Source: a virus. Taken from it: 64,000 nt of DNA. The stretch lies in IMG/VR virus record IMGVR_UViG_3300043570_002098; one strand, given 5' to 3'. A model generated the notes under the pieces. It made no database searches and was not told the origin of the DNA. It saw only the letters and a program-made list of their open reading frames with translations. Positions 1 to 10,541 of this stretch are shown in pieces. Position 1 is the first letter of the stretch. Every line of letters starts with the position of its first letter. The position numbers and the translations under genes were made by a program.

Positions 1-1360
1 AGGAACATTTGAATATGAAACACCAAGTAATAAAACATTATTTACATCAACTTGGAATACAAGTGATCAAACATTTCAAATAAGTGGATTAACACAGGGT
101 CCAGGTCTTGGACAATATGGTATTATTAAAGTAGAAGATTTCTTTAATGATTATTATTCAAATATAGAAATGCCAGATTTAAATGAAATTGTAAAGAAAG
201 CGATGTTACTTACTTTAAAGGCGGCTAGTGTCAGTGCAGATAAAACCGGTGTAAAAGTCGGAGGATCTGCAACAGGAATGGAAAATCCTTTAGATTTTAC
301 CCCTTCATTAGATGAGGCAATTAATAACTTGGAAAGAATGTTAAATAAATTGTTTGCTTTTTGTAATAACCAAACCGAACAATTGAGTGGACAAACTCCA
401 ACAAATCTATTTCACGAAAATGAAGAACCCGATGAATTTTATTTTGATTTTGATGACGTTGAAGGAATTGATATAGATTCTGAAGATGCGAGAAGAAGAA
501 AAGTTTTAAAATTTGTGGACTGTAACAACTTTGAGGTTCCTTATAATACGGTTCATATTGAGGACTTTATTTATTTAGAAGATAAAACGGATCTAAGAAC
601 ATTGATAGACGGTGCATTAAATAAAGCTGCGTCAGATGCATATGAACAATCTAATTTTGCAATTGACTTACCTAGTTTTCAATTATCCATAAATTTATCT
701 TTTATCTTCAATATACCTAAGGCCTTAATAATGAGTGTAATATCACCTAAGATGTTTTTACCATTTGTAATAATTTATAAATTATTCACAGCGGGAGCAA
801 AACAATTGATATTCGATGTAAAAACAATAATGAAATTATTGAAAAAGATTTTCTTATGTACAATTAACCAATTGTTTTGGAAATTTTTACGTGAGTTTTG
901 GAAAAGAGTTAAAGCCGACCTTAAGAATTTTTTAAAAAGAATAATACAAAAAATATTAAGAGATAAGTTTAGAAGATATTATATAGTAATTGCCGCGTTG
1001 ATTGCATTATTAAAAAGAATAATTGAAACTGGTATAAATAACTGTGCGGATTTAATTGGTGCAATTGGTGCTGCAATTGACGGCGCATTAAGTGCATCGG
1101 GGGGTTTAAACATACCAAACGTCCTTTTATTAATTGCAGATAAATTACCTGGTTTTAGTGCGGTTAAAACATCTATGGACGTTAATGAAAAAATGGAAGC
1201 GATGGGGATTCCAACAGGAGATGTAAATGGAGAACCTAACTATCACCTACTATCACATTCAGCGGCGATAGAGGGACTCGCCGATAATTTAGCAAAAACA
1301 CCATTTATATCAATACCTAAAGCATCAGGTATACCGGTTGGTGCATTAATGAAACATTAA
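1..1360 (+). CDS. Large virion/baseplate-region hypothetical protein, 5'-truncated by the window
   Basis: The frame of ORF 170..1360 is open back to position 2; hydrophobic helices in the C-terminal half; lies upstream of a spike-like gene. Confidence 0.6.
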   Translation, partial: GTFEYETPSNKTLFTSTWNTSDQTFQISGLTQGPGLGQYGIIKVEDFFNDYYSNIEMPDLNEIVKKAMLLTLKAASVSADKTGVKVGGSATGMENPLDFTPSLDEAINNLERMLNKLFAFCNNQTEQLSGQTPTNLFHENEEPDEFYFDFDDVEGIDIDSEDARRRKVLKFVDCNNFEVPYNTVHIEDFIYLEDKTDLRTLIDGALNKAASDAYEQSNFAIDLPSFQLSINLSFIFNIPKALIMSVISPKMFLPFVIIYKLFTAGAKQLIFDVKTIMKLLKKIFLCTINQLFWKFLREFWKRVKADLKNFLKRIIQKILRDKFRRYYIVIAALIALLKRIIETGINNCADLIGAIGAAIDGALSASGGLNIPNVLLLIADKLPGFSAVKTSMDVNEKMEAMGIPTGDVNGEPNYHLLSHSAAIEGLADNLAKTPFISIPKASGIPVGALMKH

Positions 1361-1363
1361 GAT

Positions 1364-1567
1364 ATGGAAAGTCAAAAATTAATTGAAATTGCAAACGATG
1401 TAGAAAATAAATCTAATAAAGATTTAATGATTGTTGCGGATGAATTAAATGAGGAATTTGAAAAAACTAAAGAATTAATTATTGATTTAACCAGACATTT
1501 AGATGGTGTTGAAAGTTTATATAATAAGGTTAATAAAGAAATAGAAAAAAGATATACAGGGAAATGA
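1364..1567 (+). CDS. Small coiled-coil hypothetical protein
   Basis: 67 aa, tightly coupled to neighbours (ATGA overlap with next gene). Confidence 0.65.
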   Translation: MESQKLIEIANDVENKSNKDLMIVADELNEEFEKTKELIIDLTRHLDGVESLYNKVNKEIEKRYTGK

Positions 1568-3078
1568 AAATAATAGATATTGGTAAATGTATTGATAATG
1601 TTGATCCTTTAGGTATTGGTAGAATAAGGGTTAGTCGTTATAACGAATATACGGGACAGAAAGAAGGTGCGATCGACTATGAACCATGGAGTGATAGAGA
1701 TTTATTTATTGCCAATCCTTTCTTACCTTCTAATGTCAATTTTATTCCTGAGATTAATCAATCTGTAAAAATAATACAATACAATACTGATAAAGATACA
1801 GTAAACGTTGAGTACATTGCCGGTCCATTTACAACGATGTATGATTATAACGGACAAACATTCTCACAACAAATTGCAAATACCACTTATGGTACTAACG
1901 TTAAACATAAAGCTAATATTAGAAATTCGACAGGTGAATATATAAATAAAAAATCTGAAAATACATTTGCAAAAGAAAAAGATTTTGCAATATATGGTAA
2001 GAGTGGTTCTGATGTTCTTTTTACAGAAAATGGATTACAATTGAGAGGTGGTAAATTATTATCCAAAGAGGCGGCCAGTACTGTGAATAGACAAACTATG
2101 TTAGATTATCCTTTAATGGCTAAAAAGTCATCAAGGATTTATTTGAAAAAATTCCCTAAAAAAATGAACTTAGAGGAGGTTTTAACTACCGAAAATATAA
2201 GTGAAAACAAAGATTTAAATTATATTATTGAATATGATGTAAATAGTTTTGTAAATGATGCAACGGGTTATACTATTAGTTTGTATGTTTATAAAGTAAA
2301 CGGGGCGTTAGGTGATCTATTTAAAACAAATTATTTTACCGAAAATACCGAGGTTCAATCTTCTTTAATTAAGTTAATTAATGATGACAACACGAACACA
2401 ACACCCACTTATCAAATAACTGTAACATCAATATCCGACATATATAGAGAAATAAGAGATAAAATATTTTTAGTACACGACAAAGGATTAAATGAATTAA
2501 ACACTCAATATCCTTCAGATGATATACATCCGTTCTTTTTTAGGCCATACACTAATTTTAAAAGATCTTTATCGACTACGGACGAATTAAATAATAAACA
2601 AACTATTTTGAATGGAATTAACGTATTAAGAATTGGTCCTGGTGCTGGTTTAATATGGTCAGCAACAAGAGCAAAGGCGGAAGTTAATCCTGTTAATTCG
2701 ATTGAGAAGGTTGCTAAAATTGATAATAATACTGCCGAACAAACATTTGGAGCTATGTTAGTGGATAAACTTTATCTATTATCAACTGATTTAGGTACAA
2801 ACGAATCTACCAATCCTGTACCATTTGTCGATTTAAATGGTTATGAATTATCTCAACAAGATTATATAGAAAAAATTGAACCTTCAACCTTTTCAACGGT
2901 AAGAGGTGAAAATCTATTAAAATTACTTAGTAAAATGATAGAAGTTATTTTTACTCATAGACATAATCCATTAATGCCAATATCGGGTCAATATGATTAC
3001 GATCATGGTAATGAACTTAAGGAACTTTTTAAGACTATTGAAAATGACATTTTAAATAAATCGATTAGAATCAACTAA
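1564..3078 (+). CDS. Baseplate hub/central spike protein (gp5/VgrG OB-fold-like)
   Basis: N-terminal GKCIDNVDPLGIGRIRV...FIPEINQSV resembles the gp5/Vgr OB domain; C-terminal HRH resembles a spike-tip metal motif. Confidence 0.6.
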   Translation: MKIIDIGKCIDNVDPLGIGRIRVSRYNEYTGQKEGAIDYEPWSDRDLFIANPFLPSNVNFIPEINQSVKIIQYNTDKDTVNVEYIAGPFTTMYDYNGQTFSQQIANTTYGTNVKHKANIRNSTGEYINKKSENTFAKEKDFAIYGKSGSDVLFTENGLQLRGGKLLSKEAASTVNRQTMLDYPLMAKKSSRIYLKKFPKKMNLEEVLTTENISENKDLNYIIEYDVNSFVNDATGYTISLYVYKVNGALGDLFKTNYFTENTEVQSSLIKLINDDNTNTTPTYQITVTSISDIYREIRDKIFLVHDKGLNELNTQYPSDDIHPFFFRPYTNFKRSLSTTDELNNKQTILNGINVLRIGPGAGLIWSATRAKAEVNPVNSIEKVAKIDNNTAEQTFGAMLVDKLYLLSTDLGTNESTNPVPFVDLNGYELSQQDYIEKIEPSTFSTVRGENLLKLLSKMIEVIFTHRHNPLMPISGQYDYDHGNELKELFKTIENDILNKSIRIN

Positions 3079-3102
3079 TTTGATATTTATAATAAAAAAG
3101 AG

Positions 3103-4524
3103 ATGTCATATATACGTTCCTATTTTGAGAAGAATAACACAATTATAAAGGGTTCAACCACAAATACCGCTAAAAATCCAACCACGGAGATTTATTACGG
3201 TAATAGCACTTTTTCTAAATTTATATTTAAGGTTGATTTCACAGATTTAATTGGAAAATTAAGTAATGGAGAATTGACTCTTACAGATATTGGTGTTAGT
3301 GGTAATACTGTATCACATACATTACACCTAACAAATTGTATATTTGGTGATGAGGGGTTTAAAGGTCAGGGTAGAAGTACTGGTAGACAAAGAGCGACCT
3401 CTTTTGATCTAATATTATTTGAAATTACCGAAGAATGGGATGAGGGTGTTGGTTTTGACTATGTGAATGCTCCCTCAGATACTACAGACGATAGTACAAT
3501 TTTTGATCAAAACCCATCAAATTGGTACAGTAGAACGACTTTAGACGCTTGGTCAACATCAGGAATTTATGCTGAAAACCCAACTGTGATAGGGACAATA
3601 CATTTTGATAATGGAAATGAAAATATTGATTTTGATTTAACAACTTATATTAATCAAAAATTAAGAAATGAGGTATTAAATTTCGGTACTAAATTAAGTC
3701 AAATTAAGGGATTTGGATTGGCGTTTTCTTTACCTTATCAAGATCTCACACCTGAATATGATAAGTCAGTTTCGTTCTTTACAAAATATACACAAACATT
3801 TTTTGAACCTTACGTCGAGACATTTGTAAATGATAGAATTAACGATAATAGAACAAACTTTGCTGCGGGTGTTTATAATTACTTATATCTTTATGTTACT
3901 AAAGGTTCTAATTTTTATAATTTAGACACTATGCCGATAGTTAATGTTTTAGATTCAAATAACAACGTTATTGATGGTTTAGGTAATCAACAAGAGGTTT
4001 CTAGAGTTAAAAAAGGTGTTTATAAAGTAAAATTAGGTATTGATGGTGATTTGTGTGACGGTAAAAAATTCTTTTACGATCAGTGGACAAACCTTTCGAT
4101 TGACGGGGTTGAAATTGATGATGTGAAACAAAAATTTGTTCCTAAACCATTTACCTCACAATATACAATTGGGGAAAATCAAACGGAATTACAAAGATAT
4201 AAAATACAATACTTTGGTATAAAACAAAACGAAAAGATTGTAAGAGGTGAATTGAGAAAAGTAGTTGTAACCATTAAATCTATAGATATTCAAAAAGCCA
4301 ACTTGTTTGATGAGGTTTATTTTAGAATGTTTATTAAGGAAGGTACTACAAATGTAAATGTACATGATTGGACATTGTTAGATAAAACTAATGAAAATTC
4401 GTTTCATTTTGACACTTCAGTTTATATCCCAAGAGAATATTTTATTGAAATTAAAGCTAAAACTCACACTGAAGAAATATTCTATAATGAACATATTAAA
4501 TTTGAGATTGTCTCAGAAAAATAA
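3103..4524 (+). CDS. Virion structural protein (beta-rich, DNRLRE-like)
   Basis: WDEGVGFD...SNW...WSTSG pattern; structural context; preceded by TATTTATA. Confidence 0.45.
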   Translation: MSYIRSYFEKNNTIIKGSTTNTAKNPTTEIYYGNSTFSKFIFKVDFTDLIGKLSNGELTLTDIGVSGNTVSHTLHLTNCIFGDEGFKGQGRSTGRQRATSFDLILFEITEEWDEGVGFDYVNAPSDTTDDSTIFDQNPSNWYSRTTLDAWSTSGIYAENPTVIGTIHFDNGNENIDFDLTTYINQKLRNEVLNFGTKLSQIKGFGLAFSLPYQDLTPEYDKSVSFFTKYTQTFFEPYVETFVNDRINDNRTNFAAGVYNYLYLYVTKGSNFYNLDTMPIVNVLDSNNNVIDGLGNQQEVSRVKKGVYKVKLGIDGDLCDGKKFFYDQWTNLSIDGVEIDDVKQKFVPKPFTSQYTIGENQTELQRYKIQYFGIKQNEKIVRGELRKVVVTIKSIDIQKANLFDEVYFRMFIKEGTTNVNVHDWTLLDKTNENSFHFDTSVYIPREYFIEIKAKTHTEEIFYNEHIKFEIVSEK

Positions 4525-4539
4525 AACTATTTATATATT

Positions 4540-5193
4540 ATGAAAGTAATTAAACTAAAAGAAAACGATCTTAGAAAATATATTGCTAAGATTATAAAGG
4601 AAAATCAATCAACCGAAAACTATATGTTTTTCAGTAATTTACAACAAATACATAGACAATGTGAGATGTTGATGAAAATGGATCCACAAGAGTTAGATCA
4701 AATTATTAAAAACGGTCACGATTGGGCGGACGATCATGTATCTGAAGCTAAGAACAATATGGATCAAGTTTTTGATTTCTTTATGAATGAAACTAAAAGT
4801 AAAGATAAACAAGATGTTACTGCCGATATGGATCAGTTTAGTATGAACGAAGAAGGACAACTTGACGAAAAATGTTGGGATGGGTATAAACAAGTTGGTA
4901 GTAAGAAAAAAGGTGGAAAAATGGTACCGAATTGTGTACCTGTAAGTGAAGCAAGTAGTCCTGCACAACAAGCTGCAATTGCAATCAATATGAAGAAAAA
5001 GGGTGTTGAACCTAAAAATGAGTCATACGGTGAAATAGACGAAAGTAAGAACTGTCCAACAGACCCTGCGAAGTGGGCAGCATCAAAGGCTAAAGCTAAA
5101 TCTAAATTTGACGTCTATCCTTCAGCATATGCAAATGGATTCGCGGCGAAAGATTATAAAGCAAAAGGTGGTGGTTGGAGAAAATGTAAATAG
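4540..5193 (+). CDS. Putative head-internal protein
   Basis: Modules KCWDGYKQVG..KMVPNCVP and KFDVYPSAYANG separated by (L/I/V)xE sites; N-terminal KLKENDL..IIKE leader. Confidence 0.5.
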   Translation: MKVIKLKENDLRKYIAKIIKENQSTENYMFFSNLQQIHRQCEMLMKMDPQELDQIIKNGHDWADDHVSEAKNNMDQVFDFFMNETKSKDKQDVTADMDQFSMNEEGQLDEKCWDGYKQVGSKKKGGKMVPNCVPVSEASSPAQQAAIAINMKKKGVEPKNESYGEIDESKNCPTDPAKWAASKAKAKSKFDVYPSAYANGFAAKDYKAKGGGWRKCK

Positions 5194-5955
5194 ATGAATT
5201 TAGAAGAGAACATACAAAGAATTAAACAAATGATGATTTCTGAGGAGATGGTACAATCTGATGCTTGGAAGTCTTTAAAGAAGACATTAGATGTTCTTAA
5301 AAAGAAGAAAAAAGTTTTACTATTAAGTTGTTCTAATAGACACAATTGGGACGAAAATGATATTGATATACCAAAATCTAAAATGATTGCGATGTATCTT
5401 AACGAAGAATTAGGTGACAAATCCGTTTTAATAGATGTACCTGAACTTAAGATATTTCCTTGTGAAGGTAACGTATCAAGAAAAGACGGAGATTCATGTG
5501 GAGTATTAAAATCTAAACTTGAAGACAAGGACAAAAATCCTTCAGGTCATCATAGATGTTGGGCAAGTATAAACAACAAATCAGATGAACTTTGGAAAAT
5601 ATCTAAAGAACTATTTGAATCGGACGCGGTTATATTTTTTAGTTCAATAAGGTGGGGACAGACAAATATGTATTATCAAAATCTAATTGAAAGACTTAAT
5701 TGGATTGAAAATAGACATACAACACAAAATGAATCAAACATAGTAAAAGATATTGAATCTGGATATATTTGTACGGGACATAATTGGAATGGAAGTAACG
5801 TTGTTGATCTACAAAAACAAGTTCATTCATTTTATGGATTCAAACCAAACGATGATATATATTGGAATTGGCAGTATACTAAAGATATTAACGACGAAAG
5901 TCAAAAATCATATAAAGATTCTCATGATAAATTCATAAAAGACACTAAATTATAA
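5194..5955 (+). CDS. Flavodoxin-fold / NAD(P)H-dependent FMN reductase-like protein
   Basis: VLLLSCSNR, IFPCEG, HRC, ESDAVIFFSSIRWG...LIERL pattern. Confidence 0.6.
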   Translation: MNLEENIQRIKQMMISEEMVQSDAWKSLKKTLDVLKKKKKVLLLSCSNRHNWDENDIDIPKSKMIAMYLNEELGDKSVLIDVPELKIFPCEGNVSRKDGDSCGVLKSKLEDKDKNPSGHHRCWASINNKSDELWKISKELFESDAVIFFSSIRWGQTNMYYQNLIERLNWIENRHTTQNESNIVKDIESGYICTGHNWNGSNVVDLQKQVHSFYGFKPNDDIYWNWQYTKDINDESQKSYKDSHDKFIKDTKL

Positions 5956-5956
5956 T

Positions 5957-6235
5957 ATGAGAATAATAATAACCGAAGACCAAAAAAATAAAATTATGAA
6001 TAGTAATGATTGGGTGGAAACAAACGGTAAATTAATTAAAACATTTTATTTTAAAGATTATAAGGAAGTTATGTCATTTGCTAATGAGGTGATGAAAATT
6101 GCCAACAAACAAAATCATCACCCCGATATGACGGTTCATTATGATAATGTAAAGTTATCAATTACAGACCACGATAAGGGTAAGGTGTCCGATAAGTGTC
6201 ATAAATTTGTTAATGAGGTAAATAAAATTATATAA
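5957..6235 (+). CDS. Pterin-4-alpha-carbinolamine dehydratase family protein
   Basis: LIKTFYFKDY...ANKQNHHPD...SITDHD motif. Confidence 0.85.
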   Translation: MRIIITEDQKNKIMNSNDWVETNGKLIKTFYFKDYKEVMSFANEVMKIANKQNHHPDMTVHYDNVKLSITDHDKGKVSDKCHKFVNEVNKII

Positions 6236-6236
6236 C

Positions 6237-6989
6237 ATGAAAATTATTGTTTCAAAGGAAGATAAAGAATATATAAACGAATGTCTTAAATCAGGTGAGG
6301 TTTTAAAAGAAGATCTTACAAGGTGGTTTAAAGAGAAGTGGGTAGATGTTAGTAAAAAGGTAGATGGTAAACACCCACCTTGTGGTAGAAAAGATGCTGA
6401 TGGTAAATCGTATCCTAAATGTAGACCTTCTAAAAAAGTGTCTAAAGAAACTCCAAAAGTTGCCTCTTCATATGATAAAAAAGAAAAGAAAGCAATGACT
6501 TCACAAAAAAGAAGAGCAGAAAAGAAAGACCCTAAAGTGGGTAAGGGTAATAAACCAACAATGACTAAATTTGATGAGAATATGGAAAAGAGAACAATAA
6601 TTCAAATATCTGAAGATCAATTCGAAAGACTATTTGAATACAACGAAGAAACTCCTGTATTGATATATGAGGATGAGTTTGGATCAATAGAAAATACTAA
6701 ATTTGAATACGACTTAGGTCTTTTAAATGAGGCTGAGTATCAAGGACGTAAAGTTCAACTTGGTAAAATCATGCAAGGGGACGTAAAGAAATCAAAAGTT
6801 TATGTTAAGAACGATAAAGGTAAAGTCGTTAAAGTAAACTTTGGTTTTGGTGGTAAATCCGCTAAAGGTAAACGAATGGTTATTAAGAAAAATAACCCTG
6901 CAAGACGTAAATCATTTAGAGCACGTATGAATTGTGATAATCCAGGTCCTCGTTGGAAACCAAGATATTGGGCTTGTAGAACTTGGTAA
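6237..6989 (+). CDS. Two-domain basic phage protein (probable head-internal)
   Basis: DLTRWFKEKWVD...PKCRP and VKVNFG...NPARRKSFRARMNC...YWAC modules typical of large phages. Confidence 0.55.
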   Translation: MKIIVSKEDKEYINECLKSGEVLKEDLTRWFKEKWVDVSKKVDGKHPPCGRKDADGKSYPKCRPSKKVSKETPKVASSYDKKEKKAMTSQKRRAEKKDPKVGKGNKPTMTKFDENMEKRTIIQISEDQFERLFEYNEETPVLIYEDEFGSIENTKFEYDLGLLNEAEYQGRKVQLGKIMQGDVKKSKVYVKNDKGKVVKVNFGFGGKSAKGKRMVIKKNNPARRKSFRARMNCDNPGPRWKPRYWACRTW

Positions 6990-7286
6990 TTAAATTAATT
7001 TTTGATTAGATATAAAGTATACCCTATCGGACGCATAGAGACCTTTATAGGACGCCTCTTTCTTTTCCACTAACTTACCCATCTGTATTAAATGAAGACC
7101 GTTTTTAAGGTCTATTCCCACTAATAAACGACCTTGCCACTTTTCGTAGGTTGTTTCACGCACATATTTTCCCTCATCGTCCATTTTGAGGTGTTCAATC
7201 ATCACTTCTTTTTTAATTTTACACGTAATCCCCCTCTCATCTATGAGTTTGGTTAAGACGTCTAATCGTAGATTTTCGTATTCCAT
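6990..7286 (-). CDS. Hypothetical protein with SAP/HeH-like N-terminus
   Basis: 98 aa ORF; LRLDVLTKLIDERGI..KEVMIEHL. Confidence 0.5.
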   Translation of the reverse strand: MEYENLRLDVLTKLIDERGITCKIKKEVMIEHLKMDDEGKYVRETTYEKWQGRLLVGIDLKNGLHLIQMGKLVEKKEASYKGLYASDRVYFISNQKLI

Positions 7287-7325
7287 AACACAAATATACT
7301 ATATTTTTTAGAATATACCAAAAAT

Positions 7326-7354
7326 AAAAAACCCCCGATTTCTCGAGGGTTTTT
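7326..7354 (-). terminator. Intrinsic terminator after MCP
   Basis: aaaaaccc-ccgatttctcga-gggttttt inverted repeat with A/T runs on both sides. Confidence 0.7.
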
Positions 7355-7373
7355 CGTGATATTCCTATTAAGA

Positions 7374-9131
7374 TTATCTTAATGTATCTAAACCAAACAC
7401 TTGGATACCTTGTACATCGATTACACCGAAGTAACGGTTGTTCACCATTTTCTTTGCGTAACGTGTCATGATACCTTTGATTGGAGTCATGTTGAATGGA
7501 TTGTACATTGTAGGAGTTAATTGTAATGGCACATATGGTGCGTATACATAACCTGCATCTAACAATGATTTTCCTTTATGACCGATCAAGATTTTGTTAG
7601 CTGGGAAGTAAGGATCACGATACACTTGGTAACGACCACCTACTGTACCGATTTTCTCGATACCCATGTTATATTGATCTTGTTCTGGTTCTGCGTTAGA
7701 AACGTGGAAATACTCTAAATCATCGAATACTGCAGAAACTTCTGAAGAAACAACGATCCAGTTAGCACCACCTCTTAACGTAGTTTTGTGGATTTGAGCA
7801 GAAATTTGGTTGATTTTTGTAACCAAAGTTTGGTTCCAATCTTTTTGAGTGTAACCTTGTAAAGTTGAGTTTCCAGATCCACCGTATTTCCATCCATTGT
7901 AATCCCATTTAGCTTTCCATGCTGCACCTTTACGTAAGTCACGTAAGATTTCACGGTCAACCTCAGCAGCGATTTGCTCTGATAATAAAGCTGTCAATTC
8001 AGCTTCAGCGTCGATGTTGTGGAACGCACTAACATCTTGTGCTAATTCTGGAGACCAGCTAGCTCTTAATTTTCTTTCAGTTACAGAAACTGTTACTGAT
8101 TCTAAATCAAAAGATACTTCACCAATTTGATCTTCAAACTCCAAAGTATCGTACTTGCGATAAGAAGCGTTGAATTCTGTTCTTGCTAAAGTTGAACCTG
8201 TTACTTCGTAATCAGAAAAACCCGAAGTTGGGTCGTATTTTTGTAAATCTACTTGTACATAGATTTTACCGTCAGTATCACAAATATCGTAGAAATTTTG
8301 TGTTGCGTTAGTTGTTTTAGCACCGTATTCTACAATACCTTTACCGTACTTTTGAGTAACGATATTGATTGGTAATGAAGTACCTGTAGTTGCACCTAAG
8401 AAAGCTAATAAGTTAGCATCTGAAGTGAAAACTTGTAATGAAGCTAAGAATTCTTCAGAATCCATTTCATTACCGTCTGGTCCTTTCAATTTACCTGCAC
8501 CTGCAGATTCAAATCCTTCTAATTCTAAAATTACATAAGATTTAGTTGTACCGGTATTAATAGCAGATGTACTTGTAGTAACTTCACCGTTAGAGAAAGT
8601 TGTGAAACCATTTACAGTTAATGCGCTAACAGAATAAGCACCTTTTGAATAATCAAAAAGACCTTGTTCTAAGTCGTCATTAGCTTCGTAGAAACGATCG
8701 TAAAGATTCTTAGCACCTGTATTATAACCTGCTGTTGCAGCGTCAGAGTTACCTGGCATACCGTAAGGAGAGTAATGACCGTTAGCGTCAGTTCTCTCTT
8801 GGATTTTAGGTACGAAGAAGAACAATTTACCGATTGGTAAGTTCATAGCTTGTACAGACACGATGTCGTTAGCTAATAATTTAGAGAATACACGACGAAT
8901 GATAGGGAAAACTACAGTCTCGAAAGAACCAGACGCATCAGCTACTGCTGCTTCGTTGATTAAGTAAGACGCTTGGTTTTCATACAATTGCGCGATGTTA
9001 TCTTTTTGGTGACCACCAAGACCCTCTAAGAATCCTAATTCGTCCCATTTTTTAATGGTATCTTCTTTGATAACTCTAAGGTGCTTAAGACCTATGTTAC
9101 CAACCATACCGCTTTCTAATAATGCTCCCAT
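7374..9131 (-). CDS. Major capsid protein (T4 gp23-like)
   Basis: PIIRRVF..LLANDIVSVQAM, RKLRASWSPELAQD..AFHNIDAEAEL, YAPYVPL..P..GIMTRYA. Confidence 0.97.
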   Translation of the reverse strand: MGALLESGMVGNIGLKHLRVIKEDTIKKWDELGFLEGLGGHQKDNIAQLYENQASYLINEAAVADASGSFETVVFPIIRRVFSKLLANDIVSVQAMNLPIGKLFFFVPKIQERTDANGHYSPYGMPGNSDAATAGYNTGAKNLYDRFYEANDDLEQGLFDYSKGAYSVSALTVNGFTTFSNGEVTTSTSAINTGTTKSYVILELEGFESAGAGKLKGPDGNEMDSEEFLASLQVFTSDANLLAFLGATTGTSLPINIVTQKYGKGIVEYGAKTTNATQNFYDICDTDGKIYVQVDLQKYDPTSGFSDYEVTGSTLARTEFNASYRKYDTLEFEDQIGEVSFDLESVTVSVTERKLRASWSPELAQDVSAFHNIDAEAELTALLSEQIAAEVDREILRDLRKGAAWKAKWDYNGWKYGGSGNSTLQGYTQKDWNQTLVTKINQISAQIHKTTLRGGANWIVVSSEVSAVFDDLEYFHVSNAEPEQDQYNMGIEKIGTVGGRYQVYRDPYFPANKILIGHKGKSLLDAGYVYAPYVPLQLTPTMYNPFNMTPIKGIMTRYAKKMVNNRYFGVIDVQGIQVFGLDTLR

Positions 9132-9153
9132 TTTTAATATTGGTTTTAATTTT

Positions 9154-10452
9154 TTATTTTATTTTTCTCATCATTTCTTTAATTCTACTGAATTGAGGAT
9201 TTTCATAAGCTTTTGACTCAGATAATACCTCTGTAGAAGAAGATGTTGATGGAGTGTTAGAGATTTTTTTCGCAACTGATTCGGTAACCGTAGTTTTTGA
9301 ACCTAATTCAGTTTTGATTGTTGAGAATAAAGACTTAGCTTCATTCATAGTAGAAACTGTATCAAATCTCTTTAATATATTCAATTTCTCTTGTTTTGTA
9401 GTTGAATGTTCAGTAAACAAACGTGTAGCGTAAGCTAAGTTTGCATTGAATACTGCAACTTCATTTAGTTTATCCTTGAATAATACTAACGCCTTTTTAT
9501 ATTCAGCATTTTGTTTTTTCAATGTTTCAACTTGTTCGTTGATACCTGAACCCGCTTTGTACATTTTTTTAGATGGTAAACCAGCTCTTTTCATACCGTT
9601 CTTGTTTCCATGAGGGTTTGATTTTGTACGTGCAGCTTCTGTAGCTTCAACTTTTTTAGGTTCTTCAACCTCGTCTTCCTCGTCTAATTCGATTTCATAG
9701 ATAGTTTCTTCGTCAGCTTCTAATTCGTCTTCAGCATCAACATCTTCCATATCGGTTTCTGTATCAACATCAGATTCTAAATCAGAATCAACGTCTGTAT
9801 CCATTCCACTCATATCAACGTCGGAATCAACGTCAGAATCAACATCTGTATCTAAGTCAGCTCCCATGTCCATTCCAGTATCAAGATCAGAATCTTCACT
9901 ATCTAATTTGATAATGTATTCATTTTCTCCGTCACCGAATTCGACATTGTTACCGTCTTTTTTAACTACAATACCATCTTCTGGTTTCATAGCCTTGAAT
10001 ACTTTAAGAACTTCATCGTCTGAAGCACCTGTCATATCCATAACGTCTTCATCATCCATTGAACCTTCGTCACTCATAGATTCCATATCAGTACCCATAT
10101 CGGTACCCATGTCATCCATGTCAACATCAGTGTCAACATCCGAATCAACGTCATCTGTTGAGTCTAAGTTATCGAGGTCTGTATCTGTATCAACATCTGT
10201 ATCAACGTCTTCTTCAGATTCATCATCTGTGTCTTCGTCGTCAGCTGTTACATCTTGTTCTGCCTCTTCTTCAGGTTTAGCAACTTCTTCATCAGTTGTT
10301 GTTTCTTCCTCTTCTTCCAATGATTCTTTTAGCAAATCTTTAAGTTCTTCCTTCATTGTTGAAGCAAGTATACCTTTTGCATTTTGCTTTACGGCCTCTT
10401 CAAGATTTTGTACTTGAAGTAACGCTTGTTCTAAAATTGATTTTTCGCTCAT
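9154..10452 (-). CDS. Prohead core/scaffold protein (gp22-like)
   Basis: Between protease and MCP; very acidic DVDSD/DTD repeats; C-terminal coiled coil. Confidence 0.8.
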   Translation of the reverse strand: MSEKSILEQALLQVQNLEEAVKQNAKGILASTMKEELKDLLKESLEEEEETTTDEEVAKPEEEAEQDVTADDEDTDDESEEDVDTDVDTDTDLDNLDSTDDVDSDVDTDVDMDDMGTDMGTDMESMSDEGSMDDEDVMDMTGASDDEVLKVFKAMKPEDGIVVKKDGNNVEFGDGENEYIIKLDSEDSDLDTGMDMGADLDTDVDSDVDSDVDMSGMDTDVDSDLESDVDTETDMEDVDAEDELEADEETIYEIELDEEDEVEEPKKVEATEAARTKSNPHGNKNGMKRAGLPSKKMYKAGSGINEQVETLKKQNAEYKKALVLFKDKLNEVAVFNANLAYATRLFTEHSTTKQEKLNILKRFDTVSTMNEAKSLFSTIKTELGSKTTVTESVAKKISNTPSTSSSTEVLSESKAYENPQFSRIKEMMRKIK

Positions 10453-10541
10453 TGTGAAAATTAATTGTTTTTATTACCTTATAAATACTACGATTTATTA
10501 AAAAATCGTGTTTTTTAATGTTCCTGCCCCTAAAAAGTTTA

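Noticed and set aside
9866-10417. 183-aa Ser-rich + strand ORF
   Set aside because: Antisense shadow of the acidic scaffold gene
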